Below, piece after piece: positions 42,981 through 56,130 of a stretch of DNA of 64,000 nucleotides. The position numbers and the translations under genes are program-made. A model generated the notes under the pieces. It was not told the DNA's origin and searched no databases. It worked only from the letters and a program-made list of their open reading frames with translations. Source of the stretch: the human T2T-CHM13v2.0 reference genome, Homo sapiens; assembly GCF_009914755.1 (NCBI RefSeq), contig NC_060926.1; one strand, given 5' to 3'. Positions within the stretch are counted from its first letter, which is position 1; each line of letters begins with the position of its first letter.

Positions 42981-45121
42981 TAGTCACACATATATACACA
43001 AACACAGAACATATACACAGCACAGATGCACACACACACTGACATATCAGAGAAAGTAAATTTCTATCCACTTAAAAAATAGCTTAAACGTATATTATTA
43101 CATTGCATAGTTTTTAAAAACACTTCATACAAAAAAAAGCTGATGAGAAAACAGCAGTCTCTTACCCCATCTCTCCCTATCTTCTAGTGCCCACCCAGAG
43201 AGGCAGCTATCTAATAACTAAACCTGTCAGAAAAGCAACAGATGTCACCCACCCACCTTCCAACCTGACCTTCCTCTTGGGGCTCTCTTACCTATCCTTC
43301 TCAATCCCAAGTTGTTGCTTCTGAGACCGTTGCACACATACTGTCCTGAGCATTCTTTCTGCTCCCTTCTATAAGAAGGTTCCTTTTGAAATAGGTTGTA
43401 TTATTGTTCAAAATATTTGCTATTCCTGCATTGGGGTGGATTCTACTTCTTCATCCCATTGATATGAGTCTTGGCCATGATTTGTGATGTCAGCCTTATA
43501 GACATGCTGTAATAGAAGGATTTCAGATCCTTGCCCTGTTAAACTCAGAAGTGACCAGGTGATTTGGATTAGCCAGTGATACATCAATTCCAGGTGAAAG
43601 CTTAAAAGGCAGACTTACCATCGCTGTCTTCTCCCTCTGTCATAAGACTAGCAATGTCCCAGATAGAGCATGCTCCATTATCCTGCATCCCATAAACCTA
43701 TGATGTAAATCATGGAGAGTTTGGTGTTATTTGTTACTGCATCATAGCCTAAGCTGACAAATATATCCTTGTTCCTGGCTCCTTTTTTGGATTACTCCCT
43801 CATTTGGTATTCTAGTAGCTTCCTGAGAAAGTATTCATAACAGGCAAAGACTTAGTAGTCTGAAAACAACAGAATACTGGATTTGGTATAATTTTCTCTC
43901 AGAATTAGAAAGCATTGATACGTTATTTTCTAGCTTCAATGATGCTGTTGAGAAGTCCAAGGCCAATCTCACTCCTAATCCTTTGTATGTAACCCTTAAT
44001 CCCCACCTACAAGGTTGTATGTGTTTTTAAAAAAATAACTGTTATTCCAAAATGTCATGGTCACAGGTCCTTTTCAAGAGATTTAAATACCTCTTTCAAT
44101 CTTAATGTTCATGTGTTTCTAATCTAGGAGAATATCTCCTATCATTTTTCTCTTTAAGATCATCTTTTAGTCCTTTTTTTAAAAAAAATAATTTAGCCTT
44201 TTCAAAGTTATATATGTTCACAGTTTGAAGAGTCAAAAGCCCTCTCACTGAATATTTACCCTTCCCCAAAGACAGCCACTGTAAATGCTTTTAGCTGATT
44301 CTTTGGAATTGACTACCATATCTCTAAATAAAATGTTTTAATTGTGGCAATGTGATATTTCTGCTTTAGACATTATTTATTGACTTCATTATGGAAATAA
44401 GAGGTCTCCTCCCTCTCTGCATGCCCACCACATACATTCACCTTTCACCGTGTATCATTATTTTAGTTAGATTAATAATCAGTATTTCTATTATTAGAAC
44501 CTTGTATTTTAGTCAGATTTGAGCCAAATATAAACTATGATTACTTTTCTTCTCCTACCCAACTCTTTGTTTTCCCTGGAGTTAATAAGTGTATTGTTCT
44601 TTTCATTAGTTTTCTAAGAAGATATCACTAATTCAGAACTATCTACCACTTGTTCAAATCTCGTCTCAATACATTCAAACACATCAGATTTTCTGTTTGT
44701 TTGGTCAGTTGGTTAGATGGTTTGCTGACTTATCTCTTTCATGCTGAACACTTTCTTTAAGCGTATGCTAATCCCTGATTTTCCAGTCATATTTAAGAAC
44801 GCACTAAGATGATGAAGGAAAGCTCTGTGTGCATAACAGAACTTGGATATATTTTAGTGAGCAATTTTTTAGCAGCCTATATATCTTTTAAACGTTTAGC
44901 TAAAATGTTCTGTAGGCCCCCCTTTGTACTTTTTTCCTAGCTTCTGCAAATGGAATGAAAAAGTACAGCCTCCAATTCCTTCTGCAGGCACTTAGGTATC
45001 AGCTCCCTCTACTCTGCCAAGTCAGTTACCTTTCTTCCACCCACTTTTCATCTTCCAAACATATGTTGAGTTCTCTCAATTTCTGTTACCTCCTTTCCTG
45101 CCCTTTTTGTCCTCAGAAGGT

Positions 45122-46445
<1,324 letters not shown>

Positions 46446-47694
46446 AGAAGCTAGAACAGGCCTCAGAAATGTTTTCATAAACTCTGTCACTGTTTTGGAA
46501 AGCAGGCAGAATAGGAATGGGAAGAAAATAAAAGTAGAAAAAAGAAAAAAAATGAGAGGGGGGAAAGTTTTTTTTAAAGGAAATGCATATGACAAGATTA
46601 TGAAATGTGCAGGTTACTTAGTAATCTGGTGCTACCTGTGGACTAGCAGAGAAGAATCAATAGGATTCTTGGGAACAGGAAGGCAACATCATATATGAAC
46701 AAAAAAGCTAAAGTTAGAATTGGAAGTTCTAAATTCAGACCCCAATTCTCAAACTTACAAGTTTGATCTTGTGGAAGTCAGTTAGGTAACTTGGTTCTAT
46801 AGCTGAGGAACCTGAAACCCAGAGAAGTTATCTGAATTTAAATTAGCACATATATGTAAAAGACCCTAGGAAAACATCCATCACACAGCAGTTGAATGTC
46901 AGCTGTATCTGAAGCAGACAGTGGCACTAATTGAAAACTTAGCATTTTGGCACTGGCAGTGATTCCATAACACGAAAACCCAACAGCTAGAAGGCAGATT
47001 GAAAGAAAACCATCTCTTCCATTTCTAAAAAGGTAGGCTAGCCTAGCCACAAGAAAATTCACCTTAATACCTGGATATAATTGCAGATAGGCTATAGAAA
47101 TATCACTTAAATTCATTCAGATTTTTTTTTTACCAAGTCTGGATGGAACATTCAAAAAAATTTTATCAAACTCCTCCAACATGCCAAACACCATGATAGG
47201 TATTAAGGGTACAGCAATGAATAAGACAGACACAATCTCTGTCTTCACAGAGATTAGTCCAGCAGGGAAACAGACAATTCACCAAACAATGACAATTACG
47301 ATAGGTGCTTTGATGGAAATAAAAACGTAGAGTCCAGGGACCTAAACCAGACTAGGGTGTTGGTGTTGGGGAGTTATGTGTGGCTCTCAACAGTTAATGA
47401 CACACCCTTAAGAGCACAGCTAAAGAGCAGGAGCTAGTGAAGCAAAGATACAGGGGAAAGGTTTGGCAGAGTGTTTCAAGGAGCCCACTCCTTTGACTAG
47501 AAAGAGTGACAAAGTACCTTGGAGGCCAGTCAGCCTAAATCTTGTATTATGCATGAAACAGCAACAGGGTTGATGCCAGAAGAAAGTGCTTGGTTACGAA
47601 GGTGCTTTTAGAATGGCAGAATTACCGTGATGGAGTCATAGTTATTTTGCTTTCTTTTCAAGGTAAAGTTCTTCTCCCCTTTTCATTCTGTAAG

Positions 47695-47945
47695 CAGGCA
47701 GTGGAACACAATGGTTAAGAGTTCAGGCTCTAAAGCCTGTCAGAATGTGCCTGGGTTCACATTCTGACTCTGACACTCACTGGCTCTAAGACCACAGACA
47801 CGTTTCTTCTCTGGTTTCAGTTTACTCATCTGTAAAATGTTCCTAATATTAATATTTCCCTCACTGGGTTGTTGTGAGCATTAAATTAGGTAATATATCA
47901 AAAGGTGTTTAGAACAGTGCCAGCACAAAGCAAGCACTCAATACA
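47695..47945 (+). mobile_element. MIR
   Basis: ATGGTTAAGAG...CCTGGGTTCAC...CAGTTTACTCATCTGTAAAATG...GTTGTGAGCATTAAAT. Confidence 0.75.
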
Positions 47946-47947
47946 TC

Positions 47948-48247
47948 TTTTTTTTTTTTTTTTCCTGAGACAGAGTCTCACTCTGTCGCCCAGGCTGGAG
48001 TGCAAGTGGTACGATCTCGGCTCAGTGCAACCTTCGCCTCCCGGGTGAAGTGATCCTCCTGCCTCAGCCTTCTAAGTAGCTGCGGACTGCAAGCACGTGC
48101 CACCACGCCCAGCTAATTTTTGTATTTTCAGTAGAGACGGGGTTTCACCATGTTGGCCAGGCTGGTCTCGAACTCTTGACCTCATGATCTGGCCGCCTCA
48201 GCCTCCCAAAGTGCTGAGATTACAGGCTTGAGCCACCATACCCAGCC
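47948..48247 (-). mobile_element. AluS-like
   Basis: TSD AATA(C/A)ATCTT. Confidence 0.93.
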
Positions 48248-48714
48248 AATAAATCTTTGCTTGTTACTGTTCCTGGTTTTAGTGCCAGCCACTGGACTTT
48301 TTGCAATTTCTAAGATAATAAGAGACCACCTGACATGTTTACATGGTATTGCTTTCAGTTGCAGAGAAGATGGAGCATGCAGCAGCACTAGTATCCTACC
48401 ATTTGGCCCTTGAAATGCTAATTACAAGCTACCAGAATCTTGCTGATCAGTTCTCCAGTTCCGACTCTGTGACATGGGAAGACCAGAAAGCTTCAAAGAG
48501 GTCTTCGTCTCTTTAAGGTTATAAGGAACCCAGACAGAAATGGCAGAGTGTAGCCACATAGAAATTGGGCACCACAAGAAGCTGTTAGCTTGGTGGAGCC
48601 ACCATGATTCAGGCTGTAATACAGAAGCTCAATATTTATAGATGCACCTACAGGTGATCAGTCTAAGAAAGACCTGCTTATGCTAATCCAGGAGATTACA
48701 TCCAAAATTTCAAT

Positions 48715-50160
48715 TGCATTCATTCAACAAATATTTGAGTCCCAGCTGTGTACCAGGTACTCTTCTAGATGTTAAGGATACAGCAGCGAAAAAAAAAGGG
48801 ACAAAAGTCCCTGCCCTAGAGGGGGCAGACAATAAACACAATAAATAAGTTAATATATAGCACAGAGAAAGTGATATGTGCAATGGAGAAAAATAAGTAG
48901 TAAAGGAAAATAGGGAGAGCAAAAGAGCAAAGAGGTGGTTGTTCGGTGATCAATTTCCACCAGAGTAGTAAGGAAAGGCCTCACAGAAACAGGAGCATTT
49001 GAGCAAAGACATGAGGAGTCAAGGAAGACATGGATATCTGGGAGAAGCATTCAGAGCAGAGGAAATAGCAAGGGCAAAGTCTCTTGGGAGAAAGTGTGTT
49101 CAAAGTGTTTGAGAAACAGCAAGGAGGCCGCCAATGTGACTGAACAGAGAATGGAGGGGAATAACAGAAGGAACTAAGACCAGAGAGGTAAGGGGGTGTA
49201 CAGGGACTAATTGTAAAAATAAGTGCTTTTACTCTGAGTGAGATAGGAAGCTTTTAGAAAGTTTTGAACAGTCTTAATATGGTCTGCTCTATATTTTAAA
49301 GGTATCACTCTGGCTGCTGTGTTGAGAATAGAATGAATGTTAAGGGTAGCTAATACAAAATTCTAGTCAATGATGACAGTAGTTTGGACCAAGCTGCTAT
49401 CAGTGGAGTTGGGGAGAGTGGTCATATATTTTGAAGAGAGAGCAATAGGCTTTGATGACAAACTGAATGTGGGATATAAAAGAGTTGCTGAGTTGGCCTC
49501 AGCAATCAAATGATGGAGTTGCCAATAACTGAGATAAAGAAGGTTGTAGGTAGAGAAAGTTTTTGAGGGGAAGGGGTATGCTGAGTTTTGTTTTGGATAT
49601 GATCAAATGAAGAGGTCTATTAAATATACAAGTAAAGATGCTGAGGTACTTGGAATACAAGTTTGGGTTTAAGACTTGGGAGTTGTGAGCATATTTACAT
49701 GTAAAGACAGAAGACTGAATGAGAGCACTATAGGAAAGGGGGTAGGAACAGAAGAAAAAAATTCCAAGGCAGAGGCCTGGGACACTCCAATATTAAGAGG
49801 TCATGAGCAGGAGTTTGAGAACAGTGACTAGTAGTGTAGGACTAAAACCAGGAGACTGAAGTATCCTATAAACTAAGTGGAGAAAGTGTTAAAGGGAGGA
49901 GGGAGTAATCAACTATGGCAAATGCTGATAGGTCAAGGATAGAGACAAAGAACTGGCTATTGGATTAACTAACAAAATAACAAAGTAATTGGAGAGTAAT
50001 TTCAGTGGAATGCTGGGGGCAAGAGGTAGTTAAAATAGTTTTAATAGAAAACAGGAGAAAAGGAATTGGGGCAGTGAATATAGAACTCTTTCAAGGATTT
50101 TATAGTAAAGGAGAACAAAAACAAATGGGACAGTAGCTGGAAGGGGAAGTAAAAGCCAAA
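48715..50160 (-). mobile_element. L2a-like fragment (~1.4 kb)
   Basis: Begins CATTCATTCAACAAATATTTGAG (reverse complement of the L2 tail); purine-rich antisense L2 body. Confidence 0.8.
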
Positions 50161-50313
50161 ATTTTTTTTGTTTTGTTTTTCTGGTTTTTAAAATCAATTT
50201 TAAGATACAATACATTAATTTGCATGGGGGAAATGTAACTGGTAAACAGACCAGAAATAGTTGTGAAGAGATTAGTGCTTTCTTTTCTATCTGGAAAGTC
50301 AAATTAAAATCAC

Positions 50314-50640
50314 AGCTGGGTGTGGTAAGCTCATGCCTGTAATCATAGCACTTTGGGAGGCTGAGGTGGGAGGACTGCTTGAGCCCAGGAGTTTGAGACG
50401 AGCCTAAGCAACACAGGGAGACCCGTCTCTACAAAAAATAAATTTAAAAATATTAGCTGGACATGATGGTGTGTGCCTGTCATCCCAGCTACTCAGGAGG
50501 CTGAGGTGGGAGGATTGCTTCAGCCAGGAGATAGAGGCTGCAGTGAGCCATGATCGCACCAGTGCACTCCAGCCTGAGCAACAGAGTGAGATCTTGTCTC
50601 AAAAATACTAAACAAATAAATAATAAATAATAAAATAAAA
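50314..50640 (+). mobile_element. AluJ-like
   Basis: Dimer with (TAAA)n tail; TSD TAAAA(T/C)CACAG. Confidence 0.92.
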
Positions 50641-51721
50641 CCACAGGATTACTTAGTGAGCATTGATAACAGCTCCTTTCACATTGATTTCAACTGTGAA
50701 GAGTCTCAGCATCCCCTTCTTCTCAGCAGGGGAAGAATTTCTGAGTAGATCTGATGCTTGAATCAGCAGGGTAGAGCACACTCCCTTGGCCAGTGCTGGA
50801 GAAACTGTTACCATTCATTCACTCTTTCATTCAACAGACACTGCTGAGCACCTACTATTACATGACAGTTACTAGGATACAAGTTCAACAAAACACAACT
50901 TTGCCTTTAGAGAGTTCATGGTTCAATAAAGAATATATGTAAGTATACATGAAATGAATAAGTATAGTTATAAGAGTTAAGAGTGGTACATGTATATAAA
51001 AGAGACAAAAACAAATTAAGTGGTTATCTATTCAGTAATGGGGACATTTGGGTCATTCACATTTTTTTAGCCATTATAAATAGAGGGATACTGAGGATTT
51101 CAATTAATTCCTCACCCAGAAGTATTTATTTATTGCTATCTATTATATTAAGACTATAGGAAATCTTACCAAATAAGAAAGAAACCCATAATATATCCCC
51201 CTCCTTGCTTTAAGGCACTAATCCCATTCACAAGGGGTTTACCTCCCAAGTAGAGAAGTTGAAAATGTTAGGACATTTGAGAGGAAAGACAATCTGTTTT
51301 ATTCATAATTTCCCCAGTCTCTAGAAGAATGCCTGGCACAAAGGAGGTGCTCCACAGATATTTTTAGAATAAATGAAATAGGTCACCATGGTCTTGGGGT
51401 TAGGTAGGAAAGCAAATCACAGGAGGTGATGAACTAGGGCAGGCAGGGTTCATGGAACTTGAGCTCACAGTGAGGGTGAAAATTATATTCGACAGCAGAA
51501 ATGAGCAAAAAATAACAGGAAGAGGAAGTTGTGATTATAGAAAAGCTCTCAAATACTACTTTCTCTTTGAAGCCTTTTATAATCATCTTATGGGACCTTC
51601 CCCCTATTCTGGACCTCTTTCAAGATACTTTTCTTATACTCTATCAAGTTACATCCATGTGCGCTCCTCTTTCATCTCCCTGATATTGACCACATTTTGC
51701 AATTGGAAAACTGAGTCAAAA

Positions 51722-51878
51722 ATGGGGGATCACCTGTAGTCCCAGCTACTCAGGAGGCTGAGGGCAAGAGAGTCACTTGAGCCCAGGGGTGTGGGGCTGT
51801 CACATGCGATGACCGCTCCTGTGTACAGCCACTGCACTTCAGCCTGAGCAACACAGCGAGAGACTGATCCTGGAAAAA
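51722..51878 (+). mobile_element. FAM (fossil Alu monomer)
   Basis: CCTGTAGTCCCAGCTACTC...CCTGTGTACAGCCACTGCAC. Confidence 0.7.
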
Positions 51879-52669
51879 ATTTCTTTTAAAATGCAGGTGG
51901 CTTCCAAATCCCAGAGACAAAACTTGGATGCTGAAAGGAGAAATGTCAGATAGTGAGATTGAAAATGCTAGAGTATATCCGAAGAGAGAATATCCAAGAG
52001 AGAAATGTCAAAGTAGAGAGGCTGAAAATCTAGAGTATACCCAAAATGTTAGTAGTAAAATAACTTGCATTGGAATGAATGGATGATTGAATAAATGAAT
52101 GAACAAAGTTAGGTGGGAACGGAGGTCATTTGAGCAGAAGTCAAGAAGAATATATGTTTTAATAATTGTTTGAGGCCCACTGGTCTGACAGTAAGGGCCC
52201 AAATGAATAGGGAAAGCTAGCCTCCAGTTAGAAGACACCTAGGAAGTTAGCAAAATAATCAATGATAATAGAGTCTAAATGAAGGTTAGTGTATATAAAA
52301 AGGAAGAATGAATATGAGGACATTTTTAAATAAAAACTCACCATATTTGGTGGGTGATAATTATAGGTTATGAGTAAATAATTCCAAAGTTTTTTGATAT
52401 CATGTATAGAGCCACGGTAAGAAGAGCAGGAAGATGAACTCAATTTTGAAAACGTATTTGACACGAGGATAAGCTATCCAAGTAAAAGCTAGTAATAGGC
52501 AACATTTTTCCTAACATTGTTCCAAGTATACTTCACATGTATTATGTCACGTAATCATTACAATAACACTATGAGGTGCTATTATCATCTTTATTTTACA
52601 GATGGGAAAACTGAGGCACAAGAGTGAACAATTTGCCCAAAGTCATTAGCTAATAAGTGGCTGAGCCAG

Positions 52670-53016
52670 TGCAATGAATTCACCCCCACCCCTGTCTCCT
52701 GCAAATTCGTATTTTTGAAATCTTCACCCTCAATGTGATGGTATTAGGAGATGAGGCCTTTGGGAGGTAAACCCCTTGTGAATGGGATTAGTGCCTTATA
52801 AAAGCAACCCGAGAGCTCTTGCTCTCTTTCTGCATTGTGAGGTAAAGGGAAAAAACAGCCATCTACAACCCTGAAGAGGGCCTTCACCAGAACCTGACCA
52901 TGTTGGCAGCCTGATTTCAGATATCCAGCCTCCAGAGCTATGAGAAATACATTTCTGTTGTTTATAAGCCACCAGTCTATATGGTACTTTACTACGGCAA
53001 CCTGAACTCACTGAGA
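52670..53016 (+). mobile_element. MLT1A-like solo LTR splitting a MIR
   Basis: 5-bp TSD GCCAG at 52665-52669 and 53017-53021; MIR halves at ~52490-52669 and ~53017-53040. Confidence 0.85.
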
Positions 53017-53074
53017 GCCAGGATTTGAATTCAAATGTTGAGAAAACTTTGCCCGGGACCACTCAGAAATTCAC

Positions 53075-54540
53075 TATTTATTCGATAAATACCTAACAAG
53101 TACCACTATATTCTAGACATTGTGCTGTTGCTAGGGAGAGGAAAAGCTGGTAGTGAACAAGACAGACGTGGTCCTTACCTGCACAATTACATGGACACTA
53201 AACAAATAATGAGAAGTAGGAATTGGAAAAGAAAGTGATAAGTTACAGTTAGGTAGGAGGAATGGGTGACAGAAAAAAATTCCAGGGGAAGGGAAGGGCA
53301 TGTGTAAATGCCCTGAAGTGAGAGCCTACAGTAGGGAATAAAAAGAGGAGAGCCTGGAAAAAATTAAAATACTATGGCAGGAGTGCAGGCAGCTAGGGGG
53401 ACAGACGGAGAGGCTGGAGAGAAAGACAAGTACAGATAATGGAGCTTAGACAATGTGTGGTAAGCAAAGGGAGACCACTGGAGGAATTTAAGCAGGTCAA
53501 TGATCAGATTTATATTTAAAAAATTACTCTGGCAGCAGTATGGCAAATGTATTGGAACGAGGCAAGAGCAGTTTTGGAGGACCTGAATGGGTTACTGTGG
53601 GACTTCAAGCAAGAGGCAACAGTGGTTTAGACTAGAATGGGAATGAAAAAATGGTCATGGGAACAGAGAGAGGTCACAAATCCAATTTTCCAGGGAGCAG
53701 ACAGATGTAGGTGATTCTGCTGTGTGTTGGAGGTGTGCTAGGTTTCTGGCATGAACTGGGTAGATGTTAAGATACCCTTTACTGAACCAGGGACTATGGG
53801 AGGAGCGTTTTGAAGGAATTATGATATACGGGTTGAGTTTGAAATGCCCTAAGTCATCCAAATGAAAGTGTACCAAAGGCAGTATGCTGGGAACTATGAA
53901 TGTAGGATTCCAGAGCAAGATCTAGGCTTGAGTTATGGATTGAAGAGTCTTTGACAGAGGGTATTTGATGCTGCTGGGAGAGCATAAGACCACCTAGGAA
54001 AGTGTATGGGGAGACTCAGTAAGAGGGCCAGGGTTCAGCTCAGCATGATTCCAATGTGTAAGAGGTAGATCAAGGAGGAGCTGGTTGTTAAAGAGCAAAC
54101 TCAGGTAGGGAGGAAACCTGGGACATAAGACCAGAGGGAAGAGGGTATTTGGAAGCAACTGTGGTCAATCGCGTCAAATACTGGGATGAGGGCTTGTAAA
54201 ATGAGGACTGAAAATGATCCGCTGCATTTACAGTCATGAAGCTTGTCTGTGGACAATTCAGAGCCACTTCAGGTGAGCGGTGGGGACACTGGAGAGGGCT
54301 GGGAGGTGGGACATGAAAGACTGTCCATGGGGTAAGAGACAGCTGCAGTTGTTGGAGAGCAATTTAGGGAGAAGAGAAATCTTTTAAAGAATTGAAAGAC
54401 TTAAGCATGTTTAAATACCAGTAAGAAAGAGCCGGTAGAGAAGGAAAGGTTGAGAGTAACAGAAGGAAAGGAGACTCGTTAAGGGCAAAGTCCATAAGAA
54501 AACAGTAGGGTACCTGGAGTACCAGGAAGGACAACTCTTT
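53075..54540 (-). mobile_element. L2 fragment
   Basis: Antisense L2 tail and purine-rich body. Confidence 0.65.
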
Positions 54541-54645
54541 CTTTACAAGAGAAGTGAGTCATGGGCGGAGTCCAGAATCGAACCCTCTCTGCTTCCTAAA
54601 GACACGTCTCCTTTAAAGGACAGAAAAAGAATGATTAAGACTTGA

Positions 54646-55008
<363 letters not shown>

Positions 55009-55064
55009 CTAGTGGTGCCGTCCTGAGAGACCTCTGAAAGAACAATTCAGTAGTTTCCAGCCAC

Positions 55065-55650
55065 GGAAGTCCCCCTGCTGGGTTTAGGGTGCAGTGGGTG
55101 CGAATCCCTGCTGTAGAAAACAGGCTGAGGAAAGAAAGCGACACAGGATGTTGTCTGGAGAAAGGCGGGGAGGTAGGAAGGGGCATATTTCCAGGGGTCC
55201 GGGCAGGTTGTGTGGCTTGGAGGCCTCCGAGGGCCGTCGACGTCAGCCATGGTCCGGGCAGAGCCCCGCGAGGTGCCACAGTATCGGGGCCAGCGCCCCC
55301 CGGAAAAGCATGCTCCGCTGGCGGCCGCCAGGTTTCTCCGCGGAGTCTCGGAAAGGAAAACCCGTCCCCACGGGGGTCCCACGACGCCCCCGGGTCCCAG
55401 GCCCCGGGACGTTGGCAGAGGCGCAGCAGACCTTCTTCCCCAGCCCGCACGGCTCCAGCGGTCCGGCCGCGTCCCAGCCCGGGCTGCCCGTCCCCCGTCT
55501 CCCGGCGGCGTCGGAAAGTTCCCGGGGCTGGCGGCGGTCAAGAGCAGAGCCAGGGCAGCCGCAGCCGCCTTCTAGCCCGCCGCTCACCGCCGCAGGGGCA
55601 GGCCTGAGCGGGGGTTTCCACCAAGTCGCCGACACCCCTCGGGAATTCCC
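55065..55650. promoter_or_regulatory. NF-kappaB site cluster
   Basis: GGAAGTCCCC 55065-55074, GGAAAGTTCCC 55513-55523, GGGGGTTTCC 55610-55619, palindromic GGGAATTCCC 55641-55650. Confidence 0.65.
55238..55245. promoter_or_regulatory. Near-consensus CRE (CGACGTCA)
   Basis: 7/8 match to TGACGTCA at the upstream edge of the CpG island. Confidence 0.5.
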
Positions 55651-55790
55651 CCACTGGGCCACACACAAACCCCGCTTCCTCCTTCAAATTTCCGCTGCCG
55701 GCTTTACCGATGCGAAAGCCGCGGTGGAGTTTAGACCACTCCTCCCGGCGCCGGGCTCAGCCCGCCTTCGCCTTCCCTCTCCCCGCGGAA
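55588..55790 (-). ncRNA. Putative first exon of a divergent antisense lncRNA from the CREB1 bidirectional promoter
   Basis: Minus-strand donor GCG|GTGAGC at 55588/55587 inside the CpG island; I recall a head-to-head lncRNA here (MYOSLID-AS1), unverified; 5' end approximate. Confidence 0.35.
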
Positions 55791-55957
55791 CCCCTTCTCG
55801 TCTCCCGAAGAAACCCGAAGGTCTTCGGCAAGTTCCGTCCCCAGCGCGGGGGCGGGGCCGCTCGAGCTGCTCCGGGCCTAGCTCGGCTGTTTCCGTGCGC
55901 GGCCGCTGCGCACTCGGCACTGGGCGGCGCTGGCTGGCTCCCTGGCTGCGGCTCCTC

Positions 55958-56130
55958 AGTCGGCGGCGGCTGCTGCTGCCTGTGGCCCGGGCGGCTGGGA
56001 GAAGCGGAGTGTTGGTGAGTGACGCGGCGGAGGTGTAGTTTGACGCGGTGTGTTACGTGGGGGAGAGAATAAAACTCCAGCGAGATCCGGGCCGTGAACG
56101 AAAGCAGTGACGGAGGAGCTTGTACCACCG
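55958..56130 (+). other. CREB1: CREB1 exon 1 (non-coding 5'UTR exon)
   Basis: Sequence AGTCGGCGGCGGCTGCTGCTGCC...GGAGGAGCTTGTACCACCG recognised as the CREB1 mRNA 5'UTR; canonical donor CCG|GTAAGA at 56130/56131; no ATG in the exon; start placed at the Inr-like CTCAGT (A=55958), TSS probably dispersed. Confidence 0.9.
56020..56112 (+). promoter_or_regulatory. Cluster of half-CRE sites in exon 1
   Basis: TGACG at 56020-56024, 56041-56045 and 56108-56112; CRE-like TTACGT at 56053-56058; consistent with known CREB autoregulation. Confidence 0.7.
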
